Shown: positions 1-8,600 of the stretch, one piece after another | How positions within the stretch are numbered: position 1 is the first letter of the stretch | Layout: every line of letters begins with the position of its first letter | NCBI GenBank assembly: GCA_964564575.1 | Contig: CAZMBB010000005.1 | Location: 294-64,293 of the forward strand | Reading direction: 5' to 3' | DNA length: 64,000 bases | DNA from: an uncultured Dehalococcoidales bacterium | GTDB taxonomy: Bacteria > Chloroflexota > Dehalococcoidia > Lucifugimonadales > Lucifugimonadaceae | Made by a program: the position numbers and the translations under genes | The notes under the pieces: generated by a model | What the model saw: the letters and a program-made list of their open reading frames with translations, nothing else | The model's database searches: none | What the model was told of the DNA's origin: nothing

Positions 1-817
1 TGTCGGACCATGAGTAGTCGCCGTCTTCAACGGGTATTTGGAGGTCTCCGGCTTCAGCTTTGCAGGCTTCTAGCTGGTCGCAGATTATGCGGGCTCGTTG
101 GATGGTTGCGGTGTCTAGTTCTCGGACGCCGGGTGCGTGTGACCCGATGGCGTTGATGTGAGCTCCGGGTTTCCACCAGTCTGCGCTGACGATGGGGTTT
201 GCGGCGGTTGTTGCAAGGGCTACGATGTCGGACTCTCGGCATAGGGCTTCGCCGCTTTCGGCGAGTCGGGTATCTAGGCCGGTCTGGTCGGCTACCCATT
301 CGGCGAATTCTCGGCGTGATTCTTCGTCGTCTAGTGAGAAGGTGAGGATTGTTTGGATGTTTGATGCTTCGGCGATGGCGATGGCTTGCTGTCGGGCTTG
401 AACGCCTGCGCCGAGGACGCCGCCGACTTTGGAGTCGGGACGGGCCATGTGTCGAGTGGCGACGCCGGAGACGGCACCGGTGCGGACAGCGGTGAGGTAT
501 CCGCCGTCCATTGCGGCGACGACTTCGCCGGTCTTGTTGTCTTGTACGAGGATGGTGCCGATGGTTGTTGGGAGGTCGAATTTGGCTGGGTTGTCTTTGT
601 ATACGGTTACGGCTTTGATGCCTAGAGATCCGCTGGTCTTGATGTATGCGGGCATGTATGCGATCCATCCGCCGACTGCGGGGTCGATCATGACGGTTCG
701 GGGAGGCATCTCGGCGGTTTCGTTAGCGAGTTCGCCGAAAGCTGCCTCGACGGCGTCGATGGCTTTTGGCATTGTGAGGACTTTTTGGACGTCGGAGCGG
801 TTTAGGAGGAGGGCCAT
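1..817 (-). CDS. ornithine cyclodeaminase / mu-crystallin family protein (3' end outside window)
   Basis: My own minus-strand translation from the ATG at 817..815 gives MALLLNRSDVQKVLTMPKAIDAVEAAFGEL...GVLGAGVQARQQAIAI...WWKPGAHINAIGS. It stays open to the window edge. It is absent from the ORF track because no stop lies in the window. The family call rests on recalled motif resemblance. Confidence 0.75.
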   Translation of the reverse strand, partial: MALLLNRSDVQKVLTMPKAIDAVEAAFGELANETAEMPPRTVMIDPAVGGWIAYMPAYIKTSGSLGIKAVTVYKDNPAKFDLPTTIGTILVQDNKTGEVVAAMDGGYLTAVRTGAVSGVATRHMARPDSKVGGVLGAGVQARQQAIAIAEASNIQTILTFSLDDEESRREFAEWVADQTGLDTRLAESGEALCRESDIVALATTAANPIVSADWWKPGAHINAIGSHAPGVRELDTATIQRARIICDQLEACKAEAGDLQIPVEDGDYSWSD

Positions 818-846
818 GGGAGTGGGAGTCCTTGGTTTGATTTGAC

Positions 847-1761
847 TTATGGGCGGGTATTTGGAGAACGAGAGAAATCATACAACTGACCGGCGACCTC
901 TAAGATCATCTTCTGTCTGTAAAGAGTCAGTTCGGAGTTCCGGAGGTGTTCCAGGGCGCGGCGTTGGGTGATTAGGGGGAAGTCGCTGGCGAAGAAGATG
1001 CGGGTTCCACCGACGAGGCTTTCGATTGTGGCGTAGATGTCGTGGTCGTATAGGAATGGAGCGGCGGCGGTGTCGAAAGCGACGTTAGCGAGGGCTGGTT
1101 TGACTTCGGGCATGTGTTCGTAGATGGGTAGTCCGCCGCCGAAGTGGGAGAAGATGAAGGAGTTGTCGGGGAATCTGGCGGCGAGCTGGAGTAGGCGGTC
1201 GGGGGTCATTGTGCCTTTGCCGGGGTATGTGTGTCCGAGAGGTTCGGAGCCGTGGATCACGACGAATGCGATTTTGTTGCGGTTTTCGACGTATTGTCGG
1301 GCGACGGACATTAGGTCGTCCAAGCAGTTGTAGGGAAGATCGACCCAACCTTGAGTGTCGGCGTGTAGTTCGCCGATGCCTCGTGCGCCGAAGTTCAGGC
1401 AGCGTTCGGCTTCTCTGGGTGCGGCGTCGTTGGGCCATAGGGGATTGACGCTGCAGAGGGGAATGAGGATGTCGGGATGTTTGGATGCACATTCCAAGAG
1501 ATAGTCGTTGGAACGTCTAGCCAACTCTTGGTCGGTCCATCCGAAGCCTGCGATGACGGATCGGTCGACCTCTGAACGTTCCATCTCTTCGAGGAGGTGT
1601 TCGGCCTGGACGATGCGTGCTTTAGGGCTGGCGAAGAGTTCGGCGAAGGTTCGGTCGCTGGCGAGAGCTTCGTCGCGGTGTTCGTTGAAGTAAGGGGGGA
1701 GGATGTGGGTTAAGGCGTCGATGATCATTTCGATTGAAAATGGTAAATCGCGAGCGTCCAC
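847..1761 (-). CDS. amidohydrolase-2 (TIM-barrel metal-dependent hydrolase) family protein
   Basis: 304-aa ORF. It has an N-terminal IIDALTHILPP metal-ligand-like motif and the overall pattern of the PF04909-type family, as recalled. Confidence 0.65.
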   Translation of the reverse strand: MDARDLPFSIEMIIDALTHILPPYFNEHRDEALASDRTFAELFASPKARIVQAEHLLEEMERSEVDRSVIAGFGWTDQELARRSNDYLLECASKHPDILIPLCSVNPLWPNDAAPREAERCLNFGARGIGELHADTQGWVDLPYNCLDDLMSVARQYVENRNKIAFVVIHGSEPLGHTYPGKGTMTPDRLLQLAARFPDNSFIFSHFGGGLPIYEHMPEVKPALANVAFDTAAAPFLYDHDIYATIESLVGGTRIFFASDFPLITQRRALEHLRNSELTLYRQKMILEVAGQLYDFSRSPNTRP

Positions 1762-1776
1762 TCATCCACCCCGGGT

Positions 1777-1869
1777 CCTCATCCTAGCCCTCGCACGCTG
1801 GGCGGGAGAGGGCATCCCCTGCGATCTCGCTTCGCTTGCTCGCGTCCCCTTGCGCTAAAGCGAAGGGGA
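1777..1869. repeat. GC-rich hairpin-forming intergenic repeats
   Basis: cctcatcctagccctcgc (1777-1794) matches the reverse complement of 62584-62601 at 16/18 positions. A hairpin tcccctt(g)cgc-taaa-gcgaagggga lies at 1845-1869. Confidence 0.5.
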
Positions 1870-2131
1870 GGGGGTGCGGCGAGGTTGTATGGCAAACATA
1901 ATGGCGATGTGCGCTACCACTTCAACACATTCGCCCCCGCCGCCGCATGGTCTGACTCCAATCGCTCGGATCAACACCATACCTAGATGTTACAGAATCG
2001 AGCGGTTACGCCGTGTCCTCAAGTAACTCGATTAACTCGATTCTTTCGATAGATCCTTTGGCGTAGCTTCTCACGCCGATCTCTATATCGCGAGTTCCGC
2101 CATACCCCCAAGGCTTGGACTCGTATCAGAC

Positions 2132-2380
2132 TCACAGAAGCATGTTGCGGGGTTCGTCCGTAATGAACTCAACTGCGGCATTTTCGATGGCGCACTTCGG
2201 GCGTGCCTCGTCAAGGGCGTCGGGTAACGTTGGGCCTTCTCCCACCAACTCTTCTCCATACACAACAACCCACTGACCTAGGCGTTGATCTAGTAACTCA
2301 TCCCAATGCGATTCGATGTAGCGACGGTCTTTCTCGAATTGCTCCAACACGGCGACGACATCTTGTTGTTCAGTGGCCAT
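2132..2380 (-). CDS. small DUF5678-like protein
   Basis: 82-aa ORF with the pattern ...W.ELL....GQWVVVYGEELVGEG....ALDEA........VEFIT, typical of DUF5678 small proteins as I recall them. The gene stands alone between two repeat-rich intergenic regions. Confidence 0.45.
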   Translation of the reverse strand: MATEQQDVVAVLEQFEKDRRYIESHWDELLDQRLGQWVVVYGEELVGEGPTLPDALDEARPKCAIENAAVEFITDEPRNMLL

Positions 2381-2620
2381 TTGTCTCGTCTCACTTCGAA
2401 CTTTCGCTTAACCCTTGCTACCACATATTTTAGCTTCTGCCAAGCTATGAGAGGCAACTATCCTGACGACACACCAAGCCTTGGTATAGGCTCAGATGTG
2501 GCAGTTACATGTCGCATAACCTCGTGTACAGTTTCGTTAGCTCAAACCTCTCTGGTTGGATTCACAGGGATATAAGTTCCATAAGTATCAATGGTGGCGT
2601 GTTGAATGGGCCTCCCCCTG

Positions 2621-2696
2621 CCCCCTCCTGAAGGAGGGGGTGTGTTTTTGGTGTTCCCCCTTTGTCCTTCGGACATTTCCCCCACGAGTGGGGGAA
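2621..2696. repeat. GC-rich hairpin repeats (3' of the amidohydrolase gene)
   Basis: Hairpin ccccctcc-tgaa-ggaggggg lies at 2621-2640. A 41-nt element at 2656-2696 matches the reverse complement of 63897-63937 and contains the hairpin ttccccca-cgag-tgggggaa. Confidence 0.6.
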
Positions 2697-2708
2697 CCTT
2701 GGGTTTGT

Positions 2709-3980
2709 TCACACCAATGCGACGTTGTTGAGTTTGATGATGTTGCCGTTTTGGATTACGGTGGATGCTCGGTCCATGTCTCGGATGTTTTTGGCGGGGT
2801 TTCCGTTGAAGGCTGCGAGGTCGGCGGTTTTGCCGGGGGTTATGGAGCCGATTTCTTGGTCTAGGTCTAGGGCTTCGGCGGTGTCGATGGTTGCCATTCT
2901 GAGTGCGTCCCAATTGTCCCAACCTAGGAGTTCTACGGCGGCCCATGCGTTTGCGGCTGAGCGGTCGTGTGTTCCGTGCGCCATGCCCATGTCGAGGCCG
3001 TTGGTGAACCGTGCGCCTAGGTCTCGCATCTGGTTCAGGGTTTCGTAATGTTCCTCGTTGTCGACATCCGAACTAGCTACTGACCAATGCACCGATCGTG
3101 GAGGTGCTTCGCCTCTGGCGGTTGCTTCTTCACCGAGCATTCCATGGCCGATAGTGGGGTCTACCCATTGGCCTTGGTCCGCCATGCGCTTCGCGGTGTC
3201 TAAGTCGAACTCCAATCCCTTGGACGGGTCTTGCGAGTACCACCGGGCGTGGATGAGGTTGTGCACATTCGCCTCGACGCAGTTCTTGACTCCATCGGCA
3301 GACAGACAGTGCGCGGCGACGGTGATGCCGGATCGGGCGGCCTCCCGAACTGCAACCGCGATAGCTTCGGCGGAATATTGAGGCAACCGAGGGTTCGCAG
3401 TCGGTGTGAACATGCCTCCGGTGGACATGATCTTGATGGCGTCGGCGCCTTGTCGGACCTGGTTACGGACGGCTTTGGCGACATCATCAGCGGTATCGGC
3501 CTGTGTCCCGAAGAACCAGCAGTGGCCAGCCGTGATAGTGATGGGGGTGCCTGCGACTAGGAGTCGAGGGCCGGGGATTGCGCGGTCATTGATGGCCTGT
3601 TTAATGGCGAATGCCACCTCGTTGCGCGAGCCGATGTCGCGGATGGTGGTTGTTCCTGCGAGGACGGCTTTTCGCATTGCGGAGACGGCGCGCATGGTCA
3701 GGCGCTGGATATCGTCTTTTTCTGCGAGAGCGAGAGCTTGGGCGTCGGCAGTGGCGCTGCAGTGCATGTGGCAGTGGGCGTCGACTAGGCCGGGGATGAG
3801 GGAGACGTCGCCGAGGTGGATGATTTCTGAGTTATCGTCGGCGTCTGATGGGAGTTGGTCGATGGGGAGGGTGTCGTCGATTTTGTTTTCGACGATGCGG
3901 ACGGCGGTGTTGTGGAGCCAACCGTTCATTTGTGAGTTTGCTACTCGGTCGGCGGTGATGTATTTGGTTCGGTTGGGCAC
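2709..3980 (-). CDS. amidohydrolase family protein (metal-dependent, HxH motif)
   Basis: 423-aa ORF with PGLVDAHCHMH, later AAHC and a C-terminal GSITPGKTADL, typical of the imidazolonepropionase/dihydroorotase-like amidohydrolase superfamily. Confidence 0.8.
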   Translation of the reverse strand: MPNRTKYITADRVANSQMNGWLHNTAVRIVENKIDDTLPIDQLPSDADDNSEIIHLGDVSLIPGLVDAHCHMHCSATADAQALALAEKDDIQRLTMRAVSAMRKAVLAGTTTIRDIGSRNEVAFAIKQAINDRAIPGPRLLVAGTPITITAGHCWFFGTQADTADDVAKAVRNQVRQGADAIKIMSTGGMFTPTANPRLPQYSAEAIAVAVREAARSGITVAAHCLSADGVKNCVEANVHNLIHARWYSQDPSKGLEFDLDTAKRMADQGQWVDPTIGHGMLGEEATARGEAPPRSVHWSVASSDVDNEEHYETLNQMRDLGARFTNGLDMGMAHGTHDRSAANAWAAVELLGWDNWDALRMATIDTAEALDLDQEIGSITPGKTADLAAFNGNPAKNIRDMDRASTVIQNGNIIKLNNVALV

Positions 3981-4044
3981 GGTTGGATGGGGTTGGTAGT
4001 TAGTGAATTGCTGAAAGCAGTTTACAAAGTTTGGGTTGTGATGG

Positions 4045-5223
4045 TTATGTGAATGGGGTTACGTTTCCGTGGAGTACTCGGAAGTTTTGGGCGTTGCGTA
4101 GTCTTTGGCGTCCGACTAGGGCGTCGTCGGTGACGGTTAGGAGGGTTTGTTCGTATTGGGCGGCGCGGTCTAGGATGGTTGAGCGGCGTCGGCTGTCCAT
4201 TTCGGATAGGACGTCGTCGAATGCGATTATGGGGTCGCGTTTTGTGAATTCGGAGACTAGGGATGCTTCGGCTAGTCGTAGGGAGAGGGCTGCGGTGCGT
4301 GCTTGGCCTCGTGAGGCGTAGCGTCGGGAAGGGGCGTTGGCGATGTCGATGCGGAAGTCGTCCAAGTGGGGGCCGATGACCATGTGGTTGGCGGATTGTT
4401 CTTTGCGTTTGGATGCCATAAGAGAGGTGTAGATGTGGTTGCGGAGGTCGGTGCCGGAGAGGGAGTTGGATTCGGCGGATCGTGCGGCGGAGCCTAGATT
4501 TGGCAGGTAAGTTAGGTGTAGAGTTTCGCCTTCGCTGAGTTCGGAATGGACGGGAGCGGCTCTTGATTGGAGGAGTTCCATGACTTCTCTGCGGGTCTGG
4601 ATGATCTTTGCGCTTTCTTCGCAGAATCGGGAGTCCCAGAAGGCTATCTCTTCCTCGAAGTCTTGGACTTCGAAGGTGCCTCTAAGGAGGGCGTTCCGGC
4701 TGGATCGGACTCGGTTGAGGCGTAGGAGGGTTTGGACGTATTCGGTGTCGAATTGTCCGATGAGTATGTCGAGATAGCGACGTCGGACGGTTGCAGCGCC
4801 GAGAGCGAGTTGGAGGTCGGCGGCTTCGAAAATGACGACGTTGGCGCGTCCGACGAATTCGACGGGAGGGACTTTGATGCCGTTGATGCGCCATTCTTTG
4901 GATTTGACGTTCAGGCGGCTGAAGTTTTCGGTGGTGCTCGGGGCGATTTGGAGGTCGAATTGTGCGCGGACGGATTCGGGTCCGCTGTTGAAGACGCCGA
5001 GGGCTTGAACGTGTCCGCCGTCTCGTGCGATTCCGTGGTTGACGATTTCGCGGTCGTTGCTGGCGCGTAGGGATTTACCGACGGATAGCATGTGGACGGC
5101 TTCGAGCAGTCCGCTCTTGCCGTGTCCGTTAGCGCCAGTGAAGACGACGAGGCCGGGTGAGAGGTTGATGTCGGTATCGAGATGGTTGCGGAAACCGCTG
5201 AGTTTTATGCGTGTGAGGTGGAT
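4045..5223 (-). CDS. recF: DNA replication and repair protein RecF (start probably non-canonical ATC)
   Basis: The track ORF starts at 5091 but lacks the Walker A. Upstream and in frame lies (I)HLTRIKLSGFRNHLDTDINLSPGLVVFTGANGHGKSGLLEAVH. There is no ATG, GTG or TTG between the in-frame TAG (5280..5278) and 5091. ATC at 5223..5221 aligns with the Met of RecF N-termini and is preceded by AGAGG with a 6-nt spacer. Confidence 0.8.
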   Translation of the reverse strand: MHLTRIKLSGFRNHLDTDINLSPGLVVFTGANGHGKSGLLEAVHMLSVGKSLRASNDREIVNHGIARDGGHVQALGVFNSGPESVRAQFDLQIAPSTTENFSRLNVKSKEWRINGIKVPPVEFVGRANVVIFEAADLQLALGAATVRRRYLDILIGQFDTEYVQTLLRLNRVRSSRNALLRGTFEVQDFEEEIAFWDSRFCEESAKIIQTRREVMELLQSRAAPVHSELSEGETLHLTYLPNLGSAARSAESNSLSGTDLRNHIYTSLMASKRKEQSANHMVIGPHLDDFRIDIANAPSRRYASRGQARTAALSLRLAEASLVSEFTKRDPIIAFDDVLSEMDSRRRSTILDRAAQYEQTLLTVTDDALVGRQRLRNAQNFRVLHGNVTPFT

Positions 5224-5370
5224 GTTGCGCCTCTGGGAAGAGTTGGATGTGGTGTTGCTGCAATCCTTGAAGGGTCTCTAATGCGTATCATAATCACAGC
5301 GGCGGGACTGCAAGGTGTGTGGATGGTAGTTGTGGGAAGGCGCAGGGCGCGGCTGTGGAAATGTAGAGAA

Positions 5371-6579
5371 ATGAATGCCTTCCGCAAAGTTCAAATTGCG
5401 TTGGTCGTTGGTGTGCTTGCGGTTGTTTTAGTGGCATGTGGAAGTGATGATGCGGGGGTTGCTACTGTAGCACGGGAGATGGAGCCAACTGCCACGAGTG
5501 TCTCTCCCCCACTGGATACTCCGACATCGGAACCTGAGGTGCCAACCGCGACGAGTGCGCCTGAGCCTACGGAAGCGCCGGCGGCAACAGAAGCGCCTGT
5601 TGCGGCGGTGGCTCCTGAACGCGACTTAGACATCGTAACTTTGCTGCCATTCGATGGCATACCGGCGATAGATAATCCTGGTTTCTTCCCTGATCTTGAG
5701 AAGGCGAATATGTTTTACAAGGACCACGAGCTGGTGCTTGGCGTCGAGATAGATGGGGATGCTCGGGCGTATTCGGTGCCGTTGCTGAGCAGCCATGAGA
5801 TTGTGAATGATGTTGTGGGGGGCAAACCGATCGCGGTCACTTGGTGACCGCTCTGCTTCACTGGGATCGGGTATTCCAGAGTTGTAAACGGGCAGGAGCT
5901 AACGTTCGGGGTGTCGGGGAAGCTGACGATGAATGCGTTGATCATGTATGACCGGCAGACGCGTTCGCTGTGGAGTCATTTTCTCTCGGAGGGTATCGAT
6001 GGCGAGTTCAAGGGTGTGAAGCTGGAGAATGTGCCTTTGGTGTTGACTACCTGGGCTGAGTGGAAGGCGAGGTTCCCGGAGACTAAGGCGTTGTTGAAGG
6101 GGCAGTCGAGCGTGGATCCGTACACGACGTATTACATGCGCGGGGATGCGGGTGTGATTGGGGAGACGAACCGGGATGAGCGGTTGTATGGAAAGGAGCT
6201 GGTGCTTGGGTTGGGGTTTGATGACGGGGCGGTAGCGTTTCCGCATGTTGCGTTGCAGGAGGCGGAGGTTGTGAATACTGAGGTGAATGGGGAGCCGGTG
6301 GTGATTTACTACGACTCGCAGACGACTACGGCGTTGGCGTATTCAAGGGTTGTAGATGAGGAGGTTTTGGAGTTTTCGTTGCTGGTCGAGGATGAGGTCG
6401 ATGGTGTGGCAAAGAGATGGATGGTGGATGAGGCGTCGGGTTCGCAGTGGTTGCCGTTGAATGGTCAGGCTTGGAGCGGGGATTATCAGGGGACGCGATT
6501 GGAGCCTGTTCATGCGGTGAATGTGTTCTGGTTTGCGTGGAGCGATTTCTATCCGGGGACGGAGATTTACGGGCAGTGA
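5371..6579 (+). CDS. DUF3179 family lipoprotein with in-frame UGA (candidate selenocysteine) at 5845-5847
   Basis: Track ORFs 5182..5847 and 5911..6579 share one frame, and no other stop lies between them. The joined sequence reads ...GGKPIAVTW-U-PLCFTGIGYSRVVNGQELTFGVSGKLTMNALIMYDRQTRSLWSH, the DUF3179 core, with TGA at the first Cys of CPLC. The start was set at ATG 5371 (MNAFRKVQIALVVGVLAVVLVAC, lipobox LVAC). Confidence 0.7.
5861..5879 (+). promoter_or_regulatory. candidate bacterial SECIS-like hairpin downstream of UGA 5845
   Basis: The stem is CUGGGA/UUCCAG (6 bp including one G-U) with loop UCGGGUA. It starts 13 nt after the UGA. This was folded by hand only. Confidence 0.35.
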
Positions 6580-7112
6580 GTGAGGACTTGAGGGAATGGG
6601 TGCGGAATGTTCCGGACTATCCGCAGCCGGGGATTCAGTTCAAGGATTTGACGCCGTTGATGGCGGAGCCGAAGGCGTTTCGTGCGGCGATAGATTGGTT
6701 TGCGGCGCAGGTCGAGGAGTTGGCGCCGGATGCGGTTACGGCGATAGATGCGAGGGGGTTTATCTTCGCGTCGCCGGTGGTGGATCGGTTGGGGTTGCCG
6801 CTGGTTTTGGTGAGGAAGCGTGGGAAGTTACCGCCTCCGACTGTGCAGAAGGAGTACTCGTTGGAGTATTCGGAGGCTTCGACGGTTGAGGTTCGGTCGG
6901 ATGCGTTATCGGGAGGTCAGCGGGTGGTGATTATTGATGACTTGTTGGCGACTGGGGGGACGGCGGTTGCGGCGGCGGAGCTGGTTGAGGGTCAGGGGGC
7001 TAAGGTAGTTGGGCAGGTGTTTTTGGTGGAGTTGGGATTTCTTGACGGGCGTGAGTTGATATTGGGTAGGGACCCGGAGTGCGAGGTGGTCTCGAATATC
7101 GTTTATGACTGA
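6576..7112 (+). CDS. apt: adenine phosphoribosyltransferase
   Basis: Contains PDYPQPGIQFKDLTPL, VVIIDDLLATGGT (PRPP-binding motif) and LVELGFLDGR. The GTG start at 6576 overlaps the DUF3179 stop (GTGA). Confidence 0.9.
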   Translation: MSEDLREWVRNVPDYPQPGIQFKDLTPLMAEPKAFRAAIDWFAAQVEELAPDAVTAIDARGFIFASPVVDRLGLPLVLVRKRGKLPPPTVQKEYSLEYSEASTVEVRSDALSGGQRVVIIDDLLATGGTAVAAAELVEGQGAKVVGQVFLVELGFLDGRELILGRDPECEVVSNIVYD

Positions 7113-7831
7113 GGGTTTGAGAAGCGGATTTCCATCAATCGAGAGCCGACGTATAGGCCGATGAACTCGATGATGGTCAGGAGGGCGATGAATAGGGTGG
7201 CTTCTAGGAAGAAGCGCTCTGGGAACAGGAGGAGGAGGTAGTGGCGGAAGGGGTCTAGCTGCCAGAGGTCGTTGGCGAAGCTGAGAAGGTGGAACTGGGT
7301 GAAGATCCATGTGAAGTCGATGACGGCGATGATGATGATGGCGGCGATGGCGATGCCCCAGATGAGAGCGGTGTATCTGAGCCATCTGGAGAGGGATGCC
7401 CAGAATTGGCGGCGTCGGATTGCAAGGCCAATGGCGGTGGTTAGGGCTAGGATGATGCCGGTCCAGACCGAGGTGATGGAGACGTATTTCATCAGGTCCT
7501 TCACGTCGATCATGTGGAGGATTTCGCGCTCGTCGAAGAGGCTGGCGGTGCCGCGGGATGTGTTGACTCTGACGTCGAGTCGTTCGGCGTCGTTTTGGAA
7601 GTAGTCTTTGATCTGGTCGGCTGCGGAGTCGAGTTCGTGGATCGGCAGACCGGTGCGGTCGGGGATGCCGTTGCGCCACCAGTTGTAGGTGTATAGCCAG
7701 TCGGAGTGTGTGATGTATCCGACGTTGATGGCGATGATGAAGATGGGGAGGCAGGCGGCGAAGATGATGCCTAGGGGTAGCATCGTCCAGCGTGATACGT
7801 CGAAAATCCGCGATCTAGTTTCGCTGTCCAC
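7103..7831 (-). CDS. TIGR01906/DUF1461 family integral membrane protein
   Basis: 242-aa ORF with an N-terminal TM segment, FDEREILHMIDVKDLM and C-terminal TM helices. This pattern is recalled for TIGR01906 proteins. Confidence 0.6.
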   Translation of the reverse strand: MDSETRSRIFDVSRWTMLPLGIIFAACLPIFIIAINVGYITHSDWLYTYNWWRNGIPDRTGLPIHELDSAADQIKDYFQNDAERLDVRVNTSRGTASLFDEREILHMIDVKDLMKYVSITSVWTGIILALTTAIGLAIRRRQFWASLSRWLRYTALIWGIAIAAIIIIAVIDFTWIFTQFHLLSFANDLWQLDPFRHYLLLLFPERFFLEATLFIALLTIIEFIGLYVGSRLMEIRFSNPQS

Positions 7832-7861
7832 CGCGCGCCGCCTTGACGGATTTCGTGTCGA

Positions 7862-8230
7862 TCATTGAGCCGCTGGAGGCATTCCTGCGTTGAGGTTGGT
7901 CGCGATTTGGTGGGCGATCTTCACGTTGTATTCGCTTGCCAGTTTCTTGTGGTTCACCGCGTCTACGATCGTGCCGATGAGACAGAGGCCGGCGGTGAGC
8001 AGGTACAGGATACCCATTCCGATGTGCCCAAGAACGAAGCGCTGAATGCCTGCGATCAGGACCAGGCCGATCAGTGTGAGGATCAAGATCGTAGTCTCGT
8101 CTTTTCGCTGGCTACGGTAGGCCATTGCGAACATCTGACCAGATTCATCGGGGATGTTCTGCACTATTCCCGATATTGCGGCTTGCTCGCCGGGCGGAAT
8201 CTCAGGAAGAAGTTGCATTACGTTTGCCAT
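7862..8230 (-). CDS. TM2 domain-containing membrane protein
   Basis: Contains LTLIGLVLIAGIQRFVLGHIGMGILYLLTAGLCLIGTIVD, the two-helix TM2 pattern. Confidence 0.7.
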   Translation of the reverse strand: MANVMQLLPEIPPGEQAAISGIVQNIPDESGQMFAMAYRSQRKDETTILILTLIGLVLIAGIQRFVLGHIGMGILYLLTAGLCLIGTIVDAVNHKKLASEYNVKIAHQIATNLNAGMPPAAQ

Positions 8231-8550
8231 GATGCTTTGCTCCTATTCAGCTTGAACATCTTCGTTTGTAGAGTGGTGATTCGCCAGAGGAGAATTGCTA
8301 CTGTTGGAATGCCCAGGATGTGGGTTTCGAATGCTGAGATTACGTCGCCTCGGAAGAGATACGATATCGAGTGGCCTAGTCCGTAGCCGGGGCTTTGGAT
8401 TCCCCAGACGTAGTATGGCCAGAATATCGTGAAGTGGAAATCGGATTCGGGGTTGCCAAGTGCGAGGACGATCAGGGCAATGAGCCAGATAGCGGCTTCG
8501 CGGTCTACATAGCGGAGCAATGCAGGCGCATTCCTAATCTCCGAAATCAT
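8218..8550 (-). CDS. small membrane protein, DUF2752-like
   Basis: 110-aa hydrophobic ORF overlapping the start of the TM2 gene. TM2 and DUF2752 genes are often paired. The usual CPxCG motif is not present (SPGYGLGHS instead). Confidence 0.4.
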   Translation of the reverse strand: MISEIRNAPALLRYVDREAAIWLIALIVLALGNPESDFHFTIFWPYYVWGIQSPGYGLGHSISYLFRGDVISAFETHILGIPTVAILLWRITTLQTKMFKLNRSKASWQT

Positions 8551-8600
8551 GACTAGAGAATACTACCTGAGAGAACTGCCGACAATGGAGCAGGTGACGG

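Noticed and set aside
54-668. Arg/Pro/His-rich track ORFs (for example 54..668, 6906..7679, 1085..1492, 2542..2946, 61930..62580, 62953..63948, 38350..39588 and many others)
   Set aside because: They are out-of-frame or antisense to ORFs with clear family motifs and have extreme low-complexity composition. They are shadows produced by the strong strand and codon bias.
769-817. Suspected frameshift near the start of the ornithine cyclodeaminase-like gene
   Set aside because: On re-reading, and after a cross-check against the supplied plus-strand ORF 429..845 translation, the sequence is gaggactttttggac. The N-terminus MALLLNRSDVQKVLTMPKAIDAVE is contiguous. My first reading had an extra base.
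5182-5370. Upstream 63 codons of the DUF3179 track ORF
   Set aside because: They overlap the recF start region and have no signal-peptide logic. Met 5371 gives a canonical lipoprotein signal peptide.
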